A stretch of 64,000 bases of DNA, taken from NCBI GenBank assembly GCA_965213705.1, contig OZ243913.1, positions 3,424,001 to 3,488,000 on the forward strand, in the 5' to 3' direction. A program made the translations under genes and the position numbers. This document shows, in pieces, positions 10,182-20,699 of this stretch (position 1 is the stretch's first letter; the number at the start of each line of letters is the position of its first letter). The DNA is from Trueperaceae bacterium. Lineage in GTDB: Bacteria > Deinococcota > Deinococci > Deinococcales > Trueperaceae. A model generated the notes under the pieces. It ran no database searches. It saw only the letters and a program-made list of their open reading frames with translations, and was not told where the DNA came from.

Positions 10182-11264
10182 TTGGAGCTTGTGACTGGAC
10201 TGTCTTCACAACGAAACATTTTCTTGGACGAGTTCAAACCGAAAGCGCAGCTCGTCGTCAAAGGGACGCGCGTGGAAGCGCCGCGCTTTCCCGCCATTGA
10301 CGCGCACATCCACTTGGGTCCACCGTTTGGAGGAAGCTGGGCGGATGAGCCTGTCGAAAAGCTGTTGGACGCGCTTGACGCTGCACATGTCGAGGCAGTC
10401 GTGGATTTGGATGGCGGTTGGGGCGAGGATGTTTTGGATAAACACCTGAAGCGTTTCAAAGAACATGCTCCCGAGCGCTTCGTTCATTTTGGCGGGGTGA
10501 ACTGGGCGCAGTGGCCGGAGCGGGGCAACAGCTTCGGCGAGTGGGCGGCGGAGCGTTTTCGTCAGCAAGTCGCGCGAGGGGCGCAAGGGCTCAAAGTTTG
10601 GAAGCCCTTCGGCCTGCATGTTAAAGACCAGCGCGGTGATTTAGTTGCGGTGAATGACGAACGGCTCGAGCCCCTCTGGGACACAGTGGGTGAGTTGGGT
10701 GTTCCCGTCATCATCCACGTCGCCGACCCCGCCGCCTTTTTCGCTCCGGTAGGCGCTCATAACGAGCGCTGGGAAGAATTACACGCCCATCCCAACTGGC
10801 AGTTTACAAGCCCGCCCTTTCCGAGCTTCAAGACAATTATGGAAGACTTCGCCAGTTTGGTCAGGCGTCACGAGAACACGACGTTTATCGGCGCGCACGT
10901 GGGCTGTTACGCGGAAAATTTGGGCTGGGTCGGGTCGCTGCTCGACGAATGCCCCAACTTTTATGTGGACATCAGCGCCCGAATCGGTGAACTCGGGCGG
11001 CAGCCGTACACGGCGCGCAAGTTTTTTATTCGGTACGCCGACCGAATTTTATTCGGCACCGACGCAGACGCTGCGCTCGAGACCTACCAGCTTTACTACC
11101 GCTTTTTGGAAAGCGACGACGAATATTTTAACTACAACCTGAGCGAGGTGCCGCAGCAAGGCCGCTGGTACGCTTACGGACTTTATTTACCGGACGAGGT
11201 TCTTAAACAGGTTTACCACCAGAACGCATCGCGCCTGATACTGCGCGCCGGAGAGGAAGCGTAA
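10182..11264 (+). CDS. Amidohydrolase family protein (candidate de-N-acetylase)
   Basis: IDAHIH, IHVADP, AHVG and ILFGTD metal-site motifs. Confidence 0.8.
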   Translation: MELVTGLSSQRNIFLDEFKPKAQLVVKGTRVEAPRFPAIDAHIHLGPPFGGSWADEPVEKLLDALDAAHVEAVVDLDGGWGEDVLDKHLKRFKEHAPERFVHFGGVNWAQWPERGNSFGEWAAERFRQQVARGAQGLKVWKPFGLHVKDQRGDLVAVNDERLEPLWDTVGELGVPVIIHVADPAAFFAPVGAHNERWEELHAHPNWQFTSPPFPSFKTIMEDFASLVRRHENTTFIGAHVGCYAENLGWVGSLLDECPNFYVDISARIGELGRQPYTARKFFIRYADRILFGTDADAALETYQLYYRFLESDDEYFNYNLSEVPQQGRWYAYGLYLPDEVLKQVYHQNASRLILRAGEEA

Positions 11265-12283
11265 TGCCGGGAGAACACACCTATGAAGAAATCATGTCGC
11301 AGCCCGAAGCCTGGACGGCGGCGCTCGAGCTTCTACGCACGCACTCGGATGAGATTGAGGATGTCAACCCACACGACTACGACGAGGTGATTTTCACAGG
11401 CTGCGGCTCGACCTATTACCTGGCGGTTGCAGCGGCGGCGCTCTTTCAAGAACTCGACGGCGTGTGCGCGCGCGGGCTGCCCGCGTCTGAAATCTGGCTC
11501 TATCCCAAAGGCGCGTACAGCGCGAAGCGCAAGACCTTGCTCGTCGCCGTGAGCCGCTCGGGTACGACCACCGAAACGGTCCGGGCTGTGGAAAGTTTCA
11601 GAAAAAAAGCTGCCGGCAAGGTCGTCACCCTCACCTGCTACCCGCAGAGCGTATTGGCGCGGTTGGGTGACGTCAACCTGGTCTTCGAGTCCGGTCAAGA
11701 AAAGAGCATTGCACAAACGCGGGCATTTAGCGTGCTCTACTTAGCAACCACATATTTAGGACATGTTTGGGCGGGGGCGTCGCTCGAGTCCATAGACTTT
11801 TTGCCTAACGTGTGCAGGCGGCTGCTCGAGACCCACCCGGCCCTCGCCGAACGTTTTGGACGCAACAGCCGCTTCGACCGCTTTTACTTTTTGGGCTCCG
11901 GGCCGCGCTACGGCCTGGCCTGCGAACTCAGCCTCAAGATGAAAGAAATGACCCTGAGCCACAGCGAACCCTTTCACTTTCTGGAGTTCCGGCACGGCCC
12001 GCAGTCGATGGTGAGCGACACGACCCTCATCATCGGCTTGGTCTCGGAGGTCAACGGGATGTACGAGCGCTCCGTACTGCGGGAGATGAAAGAACGCGGC
12101 GCGCACGTGTTAAGCCTCGCTGACAAAAACGCCGATGTCGCTTTTGGGTCGGGCGTGCAGGAGCCTTTACGCAACCCTCTGTACTTGCCCGTCGTTCAAC
12201 TTCTAGCTTTTGAACGTTCCCTTTTCAAGGGGCTCGAGCCCGACCGGCCTCACAACCTGGAGGCGGTCGTCATGCTTGAGTAG
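11264..12283 (+). CDS. Double-SIS sugar-phosphate deaminase/isomerase (AgaS/NagB-II-like)
   Basis: GCGSTYY, SRSGTTTE, LKMKEM and EFRHGP motifs; no glutaminase domain. Confidence 0.85.
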   Translation: MPGEHTYEEIMSQPEAWTAALELLRTHSDEIEDVNPHDYDEVIFTGCGSTYYLAVAAAALFQELDGVCARGLPASEIWLYPKGAYSAKRKTLLVAVSRSGTTTETVRAVESFRKKAAGKVVTLTCYPQSVLARLGDVNLVFESGQEKSIAQTRAFSVLYLATTYLGHVWAGASLESIDFLPNVCRRLLETHPALAERFGRNSRFDRFYFLGSGPRYGLACELSLKMKEMTLSHSEPFHFLEFRHGPQSMVSDTTLIIGLVSEVNGMYERSVLREMKERGAHVLSLADKNADVAFGSGVQEPLRNPLYLPVVQLLAFERSLFKGLEPDRPHNLEAVVMLE

Positions 12284-12337
12284 CCGCTTCCTCAGCCCGT
12301 CGGCCTTCAGCACCCCACACTTCTTAGGAGGTAACAA

Positions 12338-13543
12338 GTGAAACGGTTTCTCGCACTCTGCATTTTATTAAACTGTCTCTCGGCTGCTTTTGCGCAGACC
12401 ACCATCAGCTACGCCATTTGGGACAACAACCAGCTCCCGGCGCACGAGCAAATCGTCGCCGCATTCGAAGAGGAGCAGCCCGACATCAATGTCGATGTTC
12501 AAGTGGTGCCCTGGGGCAACTATTGGGACAAGCTCCAGACCGCCGTCGCGGGCGGCGAAGCTTATGATGTGTTCTGGATGAACGGCCCGAACTTTCCTGT
12601 GTACGCGTCCAAGGGCGTTTTGATGGATTTACAAGACCGCGTGTCGGCGGACAGCCTGGACACGAGCGTCTACCCCCAAGCCCTGGTCGATTTGTACAGC
12701 TTTGAAGGCGACGTGTACGGCCTGCCCAAAGATTTCGACACCATTGGGCTGTACTATAACAAAGATATGTTCGACGCGGCGGGTGTAGAGTACCCCAACG
12801 CCGACTGGACTTGGGATGACCTCAAAACCGCCGCGCAAGCCCTGACCAAAGACGGCAACTGGGGCTTCGCCTCGACCACGGCGGACCAGGCGGGCTACTG
12901 GAACTTCATCTATGAAAATGGCGGTCAGGTCATCAGTGAAGACGGTACGCAAGTTTTAATTGGCGAACCCGCTGCCTGCGCAGCCATCGACTACCTGTAC
13001 AGCTTCGTGCAAGACGGCCTCTCGCCCGACGGCGCGACCATGTCCTCGGTTGATCCCTGGACGCAGCTTTTCCCCGGTGGCCGGGTCGCTATGGTTGTGG
13101 GCGGCTCGTGGTTGGCGCGAACCTACGCCGACGCCGAGCCGACTATCGACGTTGCGCCCTTGCCGCAAGAGGCGCAGCGCGCCACCATCATTCACGGGCT
13201 CGCCAACGTTATGTGGTCCAAAACCGAACACCCCGACGCAGCCTGGGAGTTCGTCAAGTTTTTGGGTAGCGACAAAGCGGCGACCATTTTGGCCCAGTCC
13301 GGCACGGTCATCCCGGCCTACAACGGCTTTCAAGACGCTTGGGTCGAGTCGATTCCCGACATGAACCTGCGCTCCTTTATGGACGCCACCGACTACGCCG
13401 TGCCCTACCCGACAGCGGCGCAAGGTATGGAATGGAACACCAAAGTTGCCGAAGTGCTGGGCGAGGTATGGAACGGCAATCAGCCCATAGAGGGCGCGTG
13501 TCAAGAAGCCGCCAACGCTGCCAACGCTGTATTAAGTCAATAG
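12338..13543 (+). CDS. Sugar ABC transporter substrate-binding protein
   Basis: AGGAGG RBS; signal peptide AFA/Q; LYYNKDMFDAAGV and WTWDD motifs. Confidence 0.9.
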   Translation: MKRFLALCILLNCLSAAFAQTTISYAIWDNNQLPAHEQIVAAFEEEQPDINVDVQVVPWGNYWDKLQTAVAGGEAYDVFWMNGPNFPVYASKGVLMDLQDRVSADSLDTSVYPQALVDLYSFEGDVYGLPKDFDTIGLYYNKDMFDAAGVEYPNADWTWDDLKTAAQALTKDGNWGFASTTADQAGYWNFIYENGGQVISEDGTQVLIGEPAACAAIDYLYSFVQDGLSPDGATMSSVDPWTQLFPGGRVAMVVGGSWLARTYADAEPTIDVAPLPQEAQRATIIHGLANVMWSKTEHPDAAWEFVKFLGSDKAATILAQSGTVIPAYNGFQDAWVESIPDMNLRSFMDATDYAVPYPTAAQGMEWNTKVAEVLGEVWNGNQPIEGACQEAANAANAVLSQ

Positions 13544-13556
13544 GGCAGGAAAATAT

Positions 13557-13594
13557 GGTGAGAGGGGTTAACAAAGGTTGTTACCCCTCTCACC
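13557..13594 (+). terminator. Strong stem-loop after the SBP gene (attenuator or mRNA stabiliser)
   Basis: GGTGAGAGGGGTTAACAA-AGG-TTGTTACCCCTCTCACC. Confidence 0.6.
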
Positions 13595-13634
13595 TCGGTC
13601 CTCAGCTTTTCTAGGTCTTTTCTAAGGGAGTTAC

Positions 13635-14534
13635 GTGATGGCGCTCAACGTCAGAAGAAGTAAAAAGGCCCGTAACGAGGCCCTATGGGGCTATCTGATG
13701 ATTGCCCCGATGGTAGTGGGTCTCGGCGTGTTTTTTTATCTGGCCTTGGGTGCGTCTTTCTTCGTCAGTTTGACGAAGTGGGACGTGTTGAGCGCACCCG
13801 AGTGGGTGGGGTTGGGCAATTTCCGCACTCTTTTCGGCGATACGACCTTTCGGCGAGCGCTGTGGAACACTACCTATTACACTCTACTAAGCGTTCCCAT
13901 CGGTGTGTTCGTGTCGCTCACACTGGCGGTCGCGTTGAACACGGACCTGCGCTTTCGTAACCTCTACCGACTTATTTTCTTTTTGCCCGTCTTGACTATG
14001 CCGGTCGCCATCGGGGTGGTGTGGAACTGGATTTACAACCCGGACTTCGGGCTTTTCAACCAGGTGTTGCGACTTTTCGACGGTCCGCGCATCAAGTGGC
14101 TCACCGACCCAAGTTTCGCCATGCCCGCGCTCGTGATTTTGGCGGTTTGGCAGGGCTCGGGCTACGGCATGATTATCTTTTTGGCAGGCCTACAAAACAT
14201 TCCCAAAGAGTATTACGAGGCGGCAGAAATCGACGGAGCGAATCCCTGGCACCGCTTTCGCTACGTGACGCTGCCGCTGCTCAGTCCGACGATGTTCTTC
14301 GTGACGGTCACTTCTCTTATCGGTGCCTTTCAAGTGTTCGACGTCGTTTACGCTATGACCGCCGGGCGTGCCTCGGACACGCTGCGCACTGTCGTATACA
14401 TGATTTACGAGGAAGGATTCAGGTTTTTCCGCATGGGTCAAGCCACCGCCATCGCATGGATACTTTTCATCATTATTTTGGTCGTTACTGCGGTGCAACT
14501 GTGGTTGCAGCGGCGCTGGGTTCACTATGAATGA
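13635..14534 (+). CDS. Carbohydrate ABC permease (MalF/UgpA-like)
   Basis: EAA loop YYEAAEIDGA. Confidence 0.9.
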   Translation: MMALNVRRSKKARNEALWGYLMIAPMVVGLGVFFYLALGASFFVSLTKWDVLSAPEWVGLGNFRTLFGDTTFRRALWNTTYYTLLSVPIGVFVSLTLAVALNTDLRFRNLYRLIFFLPVLTMPVAIGVVWNWIYNPDFGLFNQVLRLFDGPRIKWLTDPSFAMPALVILAVWQGSGYGMIIFLAGLQNIPKEYYEAAEIDGANPWHRFRYVTLPLLSPTMFFVTVTSLIGAFQVFDVVYAMTAGRASDTLRTVVYMIYEEGFRFFRMGQATAIAWILFIIILVVTAVQLWLQRRWVHYE

Positions 14535-14574
14535 GTTCGGAATAAACAAGCGCGTGACGGGTAGGAGGTAAAGC

Positions 14575-15459
14575 GTGCAGAAATCTGCTCGGACCGCCAC
14601 GGTCAAACCCAAAGTTGACCCGGATGTGCGGCGTCATCTTGGTAACCACGCACGTTTCGGCCTGTTGCACCTCGCTTTGATCCTGGCGGGCATCACCGCG
14701 CTCATTCCGTTTATCTGGATGATTTCGACCTCGCTCAAGGGGCAGATGGAAGTCTTGAGCGCGACCCCGACCTTTTGGCCCGAAGCGTGGCGCTGGCAAA
14801 ATTACAAAGAGGTGTTCGAGCAAGTTCCCTTCGGACGCTTTTACCTCAACACCATCATCGTGACGGTGGCGAGGGTGGTGGGCCAAGTCTTTTTCGCCTC
14901 GCTGGCAGCCTTTGCATTTGCGCGGCTGAAATTTCCCGGCCGCAACGTCCTCTTTTTGGGTGTGCTCGCGGTGATGATGGTGCCGGGTCAGGTCACGCTG
15001 GTGCCCAACTACATCATCTTGAAGTATCTGGGCTGGCTCGACAGTTATCAGGGGCTGATCGTGCCAAGTTTGTTCAGCGCCTTTGGGACTTTTTTACTGC
15101 GGCAGTTTTACATGTCGCTGCCGCAAAACCTCATCGACGCGGCGGTCTTGGAAGGCTGCAACCCGCTGCAAGTCTTTTGGCACGTGGCCTTGCCGCTGTC
15201 GCGCTCCATTATGGTGGCCTTCGGCGTGCTGGTCACGCTGTGGTCGTGGAACGATTTCTTATGGCCGCTGATTATTACCAACAGTACCAAAATGCAGATG
15301 CTCTCGGTCGGTATCGCTTTCTTTCAAGGGCAGTTTGTCAGCAACTTCGCGGTAATGATGGCGGCGGCGACGCTCGCAACCCTGCCGATGGTGATTGTGT
15401 TCATCTTCGCGCAGCGTTATCTCATCGAGGGCATCACCATGAGCGGGATGAAATTGTGA
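14575..15459 (+). CDS. Carbohydrate ABC permease (MalG/UgpE-like)
   Basis: AGGAGG RBS; FLLRQF, DAAVLEGC and WNDFLWPL motifs. Confidence 0.9.
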   Translation: MQKSARTATVKPKVDPDVRRHLGNHARFGLLHLALILAGITALIPFIWMISTSLKGQMEVLSATPTFWPEAWRWQNYKEVFEQVPFGRFYLNTIIVTVARVVGQVFFASLAAFAFARLKFPGRNVLFLGVLAVMMVPGQVTLVPNYIILKYLGWLDSYQGLIVPSLFSAFGTFLLRQFYMSLPQNLIDAAVLEGCNPLQVFWHVALPLSRSIMVAFGVLVTLWSWNDFLWPLIITNSTKMQMLSVGIAFFQGQFVSNFAVMMAAATLATLPMVIVFIFAQRYLIEGITMSGMKL

Positions 15460-15588
15460 GTCAGTAGTTGGTGGGAGGCGGCGGTAGTCGGCAGTCAGAA
15501 TTCAGTCGTCGGAAGGTGTGAGGTGGTCTGAGGTGAAGCAAGCAGCAACCGGCAAAACGTCCAAACCCTGTTTCCTAAGGAGGAAAGC

Positions 15589-16830
15589 ATGAAAAAAGCC
15601 CTGATTGCACTCGCGCCCTTCCTGCTCAGCGTGTCGCTGGCACAGACCGACATCACCTTTATGGCCTGGGGCTCGCCGGAGGAACTGGCCGTCTGGCAAA
15701 CCATCGCCGACGAGTTTAGCGAGACCCACCCCGACATCACCGTCAACGTAGACGTGAGCGATTGGGACGCTTACTTTAACAAGCTCCAAACGCTCTTCGC
15801 GGGCGGTACCCCGCCCGACGTATTCGCGATGGACGCCCCACTCTACCCGGACTGGCAGTCGCGGGGCGTGTTGAAAAACCTACAGCCCTACCTGGTCACC
15901 GAGCCGGATGTGCTGGACGGCTTTTACCCGGTGACGCTACGAGCTTACGAAACTGAAGACGGTTACTACGGTTTGCCCAGGGACTTTCAAACCATTGTGC
16001 TGTACTACAACAAAGACATGTTCGACGCGGCGGGCGTGGACTACCCTACCGACGACTGGACGCTTGAAGATTTGCGTGACGCCGCCAAAGCTTTAACCCA
16101 AGACACCGACGGCGACGGCACTACCGACCAGTGGGGCTTCTGGGCGGACTTTTACGACCTCGAGCTGTTTTGGGGTGGCGCGATTTTAGGCTCGGGCGGA
16201 CAAATTTTGAGTGGCGACCACACCACGACGCTGCTCGACAAAGAACCCGCCAGAGACGTGTTCCACCTGATCAGCGACATGATGTTCGAGGACGGCTCGG
16301 TGCCGGACACGGGCGAGGCCGAACAGTACGGCTACGACATCTTTTTGGCCGAGCGTGCCGCCATGACTACCATCGGCCACTGGTCGGTGCCCGAGTACAC
16401 CGCGCAGGGCATCAACTTCGATGTAGCCGCCTTCCCGGCAGGACCAAAAGAGCGCGCAACGATTGTGAACAGCGCGGGCTTCGTCATCGCCGACGCTTCA
16501 CCGAACGCCGACGCCGCCTGGGAGTTCGTCAAGTACGCGGTCGGCCCGAGTGGGCAAACACGCCTGGCCGAACTCGGTTTCGCTTTACCCGTGTTGCAGT
16601 CGGTCGCGGAGAGCCCGGTGTTTTTAGAGCAGGGCTCGAACATCAACCAGCAGGTTTATTTGGACGCGCTTCAATACGCCGTGCCCAAACCGTCGTTCAA
16701 AGGCTACGGCGAGTGGTCGGCGGCGGTCGGTGATACCTTAGCACTCGTCTGGTCGGGGGATTTGACGATTGACGAGGCGCTCGACGAACTCGTGCCATTA
16801 GCTAACGACGTTTTGGACGCGAATCAGTAA
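15589..16830 (+). CDS. Second sugar ABC transporter substrate-binding protein
   Basis: Signal peptide SLA/Q; LYYNKDMFDAAGV motif; paralogous to 12338-13543. Confidence 0.9.
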   Translation: MKKALIALAPFLLSVSLAQTDITFMAWGSPEELAVWQTIADEFSETHPDITVNVDVSDWDAYFNKLQTLFAGGTPPDVFAMDAPLYPDWQSRGVLKNLQPYLVTEPDVLDGFYPVTLRAYETEDGYYGLPRDFQTIVLYYNKDMFDAAGVDYPTDDWTLEDLRDAAKALTQDTDGDGTTDQWGFWADFYDLELFWGGAILGSGGQILSGDHTTTLLDKEPARDVFHLISDMMFEDGSVPDTGEAEQYGYDIFLAERAAMTTIGHWSVPEYTAQGINFDVAAFPAGPKERATIVNSAGFVIADASPNADAAWEFVKYAVGPSGQTRLAELGFALPVLQSVAESPVFLEQGSNINQQVYLDALQYAVPKPSFKGYGEWSAAVGDTLALVWSGDLTIDEALDELVPLANDVLDANQ

Positions 16831-17029
16831 GAGGCGCTTGAGGGGTGGTGGAGACTGCTGCTCGAGTTCCCAAACATCTTCATAGGCTATTGAGGGGGAT
16901 TTACTTGCGACCACGTCTTAAATCCCCCGCCCCGAAGGGCCACCCCCTTTTTAAGGGGGCAAGGTCAAAAGCTGTTCGTCTCAAAGCGTTCTCAAAGCCA
17001 ACTCACCCACTTAGGACGGGTTTTATCCT

Positions 17030-17911
17030 ATGGAAACCGGCATCAAACCCTTAGGACGCGAGCGCATTTGGCTCTTCTTGCTCCTCGCGCCAACACTGCT
17101 GGGTCTTCTCTTCGGCGCGTTCGGCTCGGTGCTGGCGAGCGTGTTTATCAGCCTGACGAGTTGGGACTTGCTGACGCCGCCCGAGTGGGTCGGGATTAAG
17201 AATTATCTCGATTTGGTCAGCGACCGGATGTTTCTCAAGTCACTGCGCATCACCACGCAGTTCGCGGCAATGTACGTGCCGGGGGTCATCATCTTGTCGC
17301 TCATCGTGGCGCTCTTGCTCAACCGCAAGATTCGTGGCGTGAGCTTTTTTCGGGTGCTGTTTTTCTTGCCGGTGATTTCGTCGTCGGTCGCGGTCGGCCT
17401 CTTATGGACTTGGATTTACGCGCAAAACAACGGGCTCTTAAACTACATTATCACCTTCTTAGGCGGCGAGCCGGTGCGCTGGCTGAGCCGCGATTTAGCG
17501 CTCTATTCGGTCACGGTCGTGAACATCTGGGGCGCGGTGGGCGAGGGCATGATTATCTTTTTGGCGGGGCTGCAAGCGGTGCCGCGCGACTATTACGAGG
17601 CGGCCAAGCTGGACGGCGCGAACGGGTTTCAGCTTCTTACCAACATCACCCTGCCTTTAATCGTGCCGAGTATCTTTTTTCAGGGGGTCATCTCGACCAT
17701 CAATGCGTTTCAGGTGTTCGAGTACATTTATATTTTGACGCGGACCTCGAGCGGCGGCTCCACCACCCCGACCCTGGTCTTTACCATCTACCGTAACGGG
17801 TTCAACTACTTCCGCATGGGCCAGGCGAGCGCGCAGGCTATCGTGCTAGCGGTGATTATCTTCTTTTTGACGCTGATTTACTTCCGCATTCAGAAACGTT
17901 GGGTGGTGTGA
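17030..17911 (+). CDS. Carbohydrate ABC permease
   Basis: YYEAAKLDGA motif. Confidence 0.9.
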   Translation: METGIKPLGRERIWLFLLLAPTLLGLLFGAFGSVLASVFISLTSWDLLTPPEWVGIKNYLDLVSDRMFLKSLRITTQFAAMYVPGVIILSLIVALLLNRKIRGVSFFRVLFFLPVISSSVAVGLLWTWIYAQNNGLLNYIITFLGGEPVRWLSRDLALYSVTVVNIWGAVGEGMIIFLAGLQAVPRDYYEAAKLDGANGFQLLTNITLPLIVPSIFFQGVISTINAFQVFEYIYILTRTSSGGSTTPTLVFTIYRNGFNYFRMGQASAQAIVLAVIIFFLTLIYFRIQKRWVV

Positions 17912-17912
17912 C

Positions 17913-18743
17913 GTGGGCGTCAAGACTCGAGACCGCCTCCTCGACGGACTGGCCTACGCGCTGCTGATTCTCGGCGCGCTCGTGATGGTCGGGCCGTTCG
18001 TGTGGATGGTATCGACCTCGCTCAAAGAGCCCGCCGACCAGTTCACGCGCGCCCTCATCCCCAACCCTGTGACGTTTGAAAATTACACGCGGCTGTGGGA
18101 CATCCTCCCTTTTTCACGCCTCATCTGGAACAGCTTCAAAATCGCTTCGATTGCCACCGTCGGACAACTGCTGACCTGTTCGATGGCCGGGTTCGCCTTT
18201 GCAGCGGTCAGGTTCCGGGGGCGAAACGTGCTATTCGTGATGCTCCTGGTCACGCTGATGATTCCCTTTCAGGTGACGCTGATTCCCAACTTTATCGTTT
18301 ACCGCTGGCTGGGATTGTACGGCACGCAGATTCCCCTGTACCTGCCGTCGTTTTTGGGCGGCGCGTTCGGCACGTTCTTGCTCAGGCAATATTTCCTGAC
18401 CATCCCCACCGAACTCGCCGAGGCTGCCCGCATCGACGGGGCCTCGCTGTGGACGATTTACTGGCGTATCTACCTGCCGTTGGCTCGGCCCGCGCTGGCC
18501 GCCCTGGCGATTTTCACCTTTTTGTTTTCGTGGAATGACTTGTTCGGCCCGCTGATCTACTTGCCGAGCGACTTAGAGAAAACGACCCTACCCGTCGGCC
18601 TGGCCCTCTTCCAAGCGCAGTACAGCGGCCGTTGGACGGTGATGATGGCGGGGGTGTTGGTCAGCATCGCGCCGATTATCGTGGTGTTTTTCTTCGCGCA
18701 AAAGCAGTTTATCGAGGGCATTGCGCTGTCGGGGGGGAAGTAA
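17913..18743 (+). CDS. Carbohydrate ABC permease
   Basis: ELAEAARIDGA and WNDLFGPL motifs. Confidence 0.9.
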   Translation: MGVKTRDRLLDGLAYALLILGALVMVGPFVWMVSTSLKEPADQFTRALIPNPVTFENYTRLWDILPFSRLIWNSFKIASIATVGQLLTCSMAGFAFAAVRFRGRNVLFVMLLVTLMIPFQVTLIPNFIVYRWLGLYGTQIPLYLPSFLGGAFGTFLLRQYFLTIPTELAEAARIDGASLWTIYWRIYLPLARPALAALAIFTFLFSWNDLFGPLIYLPSDLEKTTLPVGLALFQAQYSGRWTVMMAGVLVSIAPIIVVFFFAQKQFIEGIALSGGK

Positions 18744-18811
18744 GAAGCGAGGAATTAACTGTTAGCTAAAGGCTAAAAGCCAAAAGCTAAAAGTTCATAA
18801 AGGAGTAGTCA

Positions 18812-20659
18812 ATGAAACGTTGGTTTACAGTCATCTTCATCCTAGCTCTGGCAGGCGTCGCCGTGGCGCAGGAGAGTCCGCGAGAGCGGATTCGGAATCT
18901 CGAGGATTACGTGGTGTACTACGGGAAGGGGAAGCTCGAGGCCCTGTCCACCCATGACCTCGCCATCGTGCAACCGCTCAAGCTGTCTGCGGCGGACGTT
19001 GCGTACTTGCACGAGCGGGGGACGCTCGTCGTCGCTTACTTGAGCCTGGGCGAGGCGGAACCCAGCCGCCCCTGGTACGCGGACGGGCGGGTCGACCCGC
19101 GCTGGCTGTTGCGCAAAAATCAGGACTGGGGCTCGTACCTGGTGGACGTTCGGCAAGCGGGCTGGCGGAAACTCATGGTCGAGCTGACCGGCGAGTTTTT
19201 GGACAAGGGCTTCGACGGGGTTTTTATGGACACCGTTGACACCGTCGTCAGCTATCCCGAAACCACCTCGAGCATGGTTGAGCTGATTAGAACTTTACGC
19301 GCAACCTACCCGGACGCCCTGCTCGTCCAAAACCGCGGTTTTACCGTGATTGACGAGGTCGCAGAGGTCATCGACGCACTCATGTTTGAAAGCCTGACGG
19401 GGTCTTATGATTTCAGCGACGACAGCTACGTCTACGCCGACAACAGCTTTACCGCCGAGCAGATGGTGGATTTGAAAGAGCGCACTGGCCTGGTGATTCT
19501 GGCGCTCGACTACGCCGACACGCCTGCAATGGCCTACCGCGCGGTGGCGGCGGCGAAGGGTTACGGTTTCGTACCCGCCGTCTCGACGATTTTGTTAGAT
19601 GAGATTCCTGAATATGGGTTGGCGGCGGGTGGCCCCGACGACATTCGCGTTACCGACATTTCGGTGCAGAGCGCCGGGACGCAGACGGCGATTGTGGTGA
19701 AGCTCGAGAACGTTGGCCTGAGCCCCTCGGGGCGTGTGCCGGTGAGTCTGACGGTGGACGGCGAGCAGATTGCCACCGAAACGTACGAAAGCTTAGGCAT
19801 CGGCGAGCAAAAAAGCTGGCGCGCGCCTTGGGAGAGTGCGACCGAAACGGCCTCGATACGCGCGACGGCGTTTTCTTTGAGCGATAAAAAAGCGGGGAAC
19901 AACAGCCTCAGTCTCAATCATTTGGCTGAAACGGTTGCCGAAGAACCTATTTTGCCCCCCGACCAGCAAAAGCGTCGCCCCGCGCATAACGGCCCCGACC
20001 TGGTGGCGAAGGCGTTAACTGAGCCGTTGACCATCGACGGCGACCTTTCAGACTGGGACGACATGCCTTGTACTGAGGTGAATACGCTCGAGCAGCTTAC
20101 CCTAGGCGACCCGGACGACTGGACCGGGCCGGACGACCTCGGAAGCCACGTTTGCTACGCCTGGGATGCGGACAATCTCTATGTGGGCTTTGAGGTGATG
20201 GATGACACCTTTGTGCAAACTCACACCGGCTCGTTGCTGTGGCGCGGCGACCACGTGGAACTGTGGTTTGACACGCAACTTCAACTCGACTTTGCTTCGG
20301 CGAAAGCGGGTAGCGACGACTTTCAACTCGGCCTCAGTCCAGGTGACTGCGCGGGCGGGGCCGAGCCGGACATCTTCATCTGGACACCATCGCGCTTGCG
20401 CGAGGAGTATGACGGCGTCATCGAATACGCTGTGCAATGCTCCAACACGGGCTACCGCGCCGAGATGCGTTTGCCCGCCACCGTTTTGACCGGCCTCAAG
20501 CTCGTCACCGGCCACGCCCTCGGTGCAAGTTTCGACCCAAGCGACACCGACACGCTCGGCAGTAGCGAGCAGGAGATGATGCTGTCGACCGCACCCGATA
20601 CGCAATGGGGTACGCCGACACTGTGGAACAACCTCGTGCTCGAGGGCGACCTGCCGTGA
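18812..20659 (+). CDS. Secreted GH114/GH166-type endo-alpha-1,4-polygalactosaminidase with CARDB-like and CBM9-like domains
   Basis: Signal peptide; YLSLGEAE, GFDGVFMDTVD, LVQNRGF and MFES; ENVG Ig-like segment; IDGDLSDW, WDADNLY and GDHVELWFD sugar-binding domain. Confidence 0.75.
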   Translation: MKRWFTVIFILALAGVAVAQESPRERIRNLEDYVVYYGKGKLEALSTHDLAIVQPLKLSAADVAYLHERGTLVVAYLSLGEAEPSRPWYADGRVDPRWLLRKNQDWGSYLVDVRQAGWRKLMVELTGEFLDKGFDGVFMDTVDTVVSYPETTSSMVELIRTLRATYPDALLVQNRGFTVIDEVAEVIDALMFESLTGSYDFSDDSYVYADNSFTAEQMVDLKERTGLVILALDYADTPAMAYRAVAAAKGYGFVPAVSTILLDEIPEYGLAAGGPDDIRVTDISVQSAGTQTAIVVKLENVGLSPSGRVPVSLTVDGEQIATETYESLGIGEQKSWRAPWESATETASIRATAFSLSDKKAGNNSLSLNHLAETVAEEPILPPDQQKRRPAHNGPDLVAKALTEPLTIDGDLSDWDDMPCTEVNTLEQLTLGDPDDWTGPDDLGSHVCYAWDADNLYVGFEVMDDTFVQTHTGSLLWRGDHVELWFDTQLQLDFASAKAGSDDFQLGLSPGDCAGGAEPDIFIWTPSRLREEYDGVIEYAVQCSNTGYRAEMRLPATVLTGLKLVTGHALGASFDPSDTDTLGSSEQEMMLSTAPDTQWGTPTLWNNLVLEGDLP

Positions 20660-20699
20660 CAGCTTGAAAAACGAAAACCAATCCGAAAGGAATTCCGAC

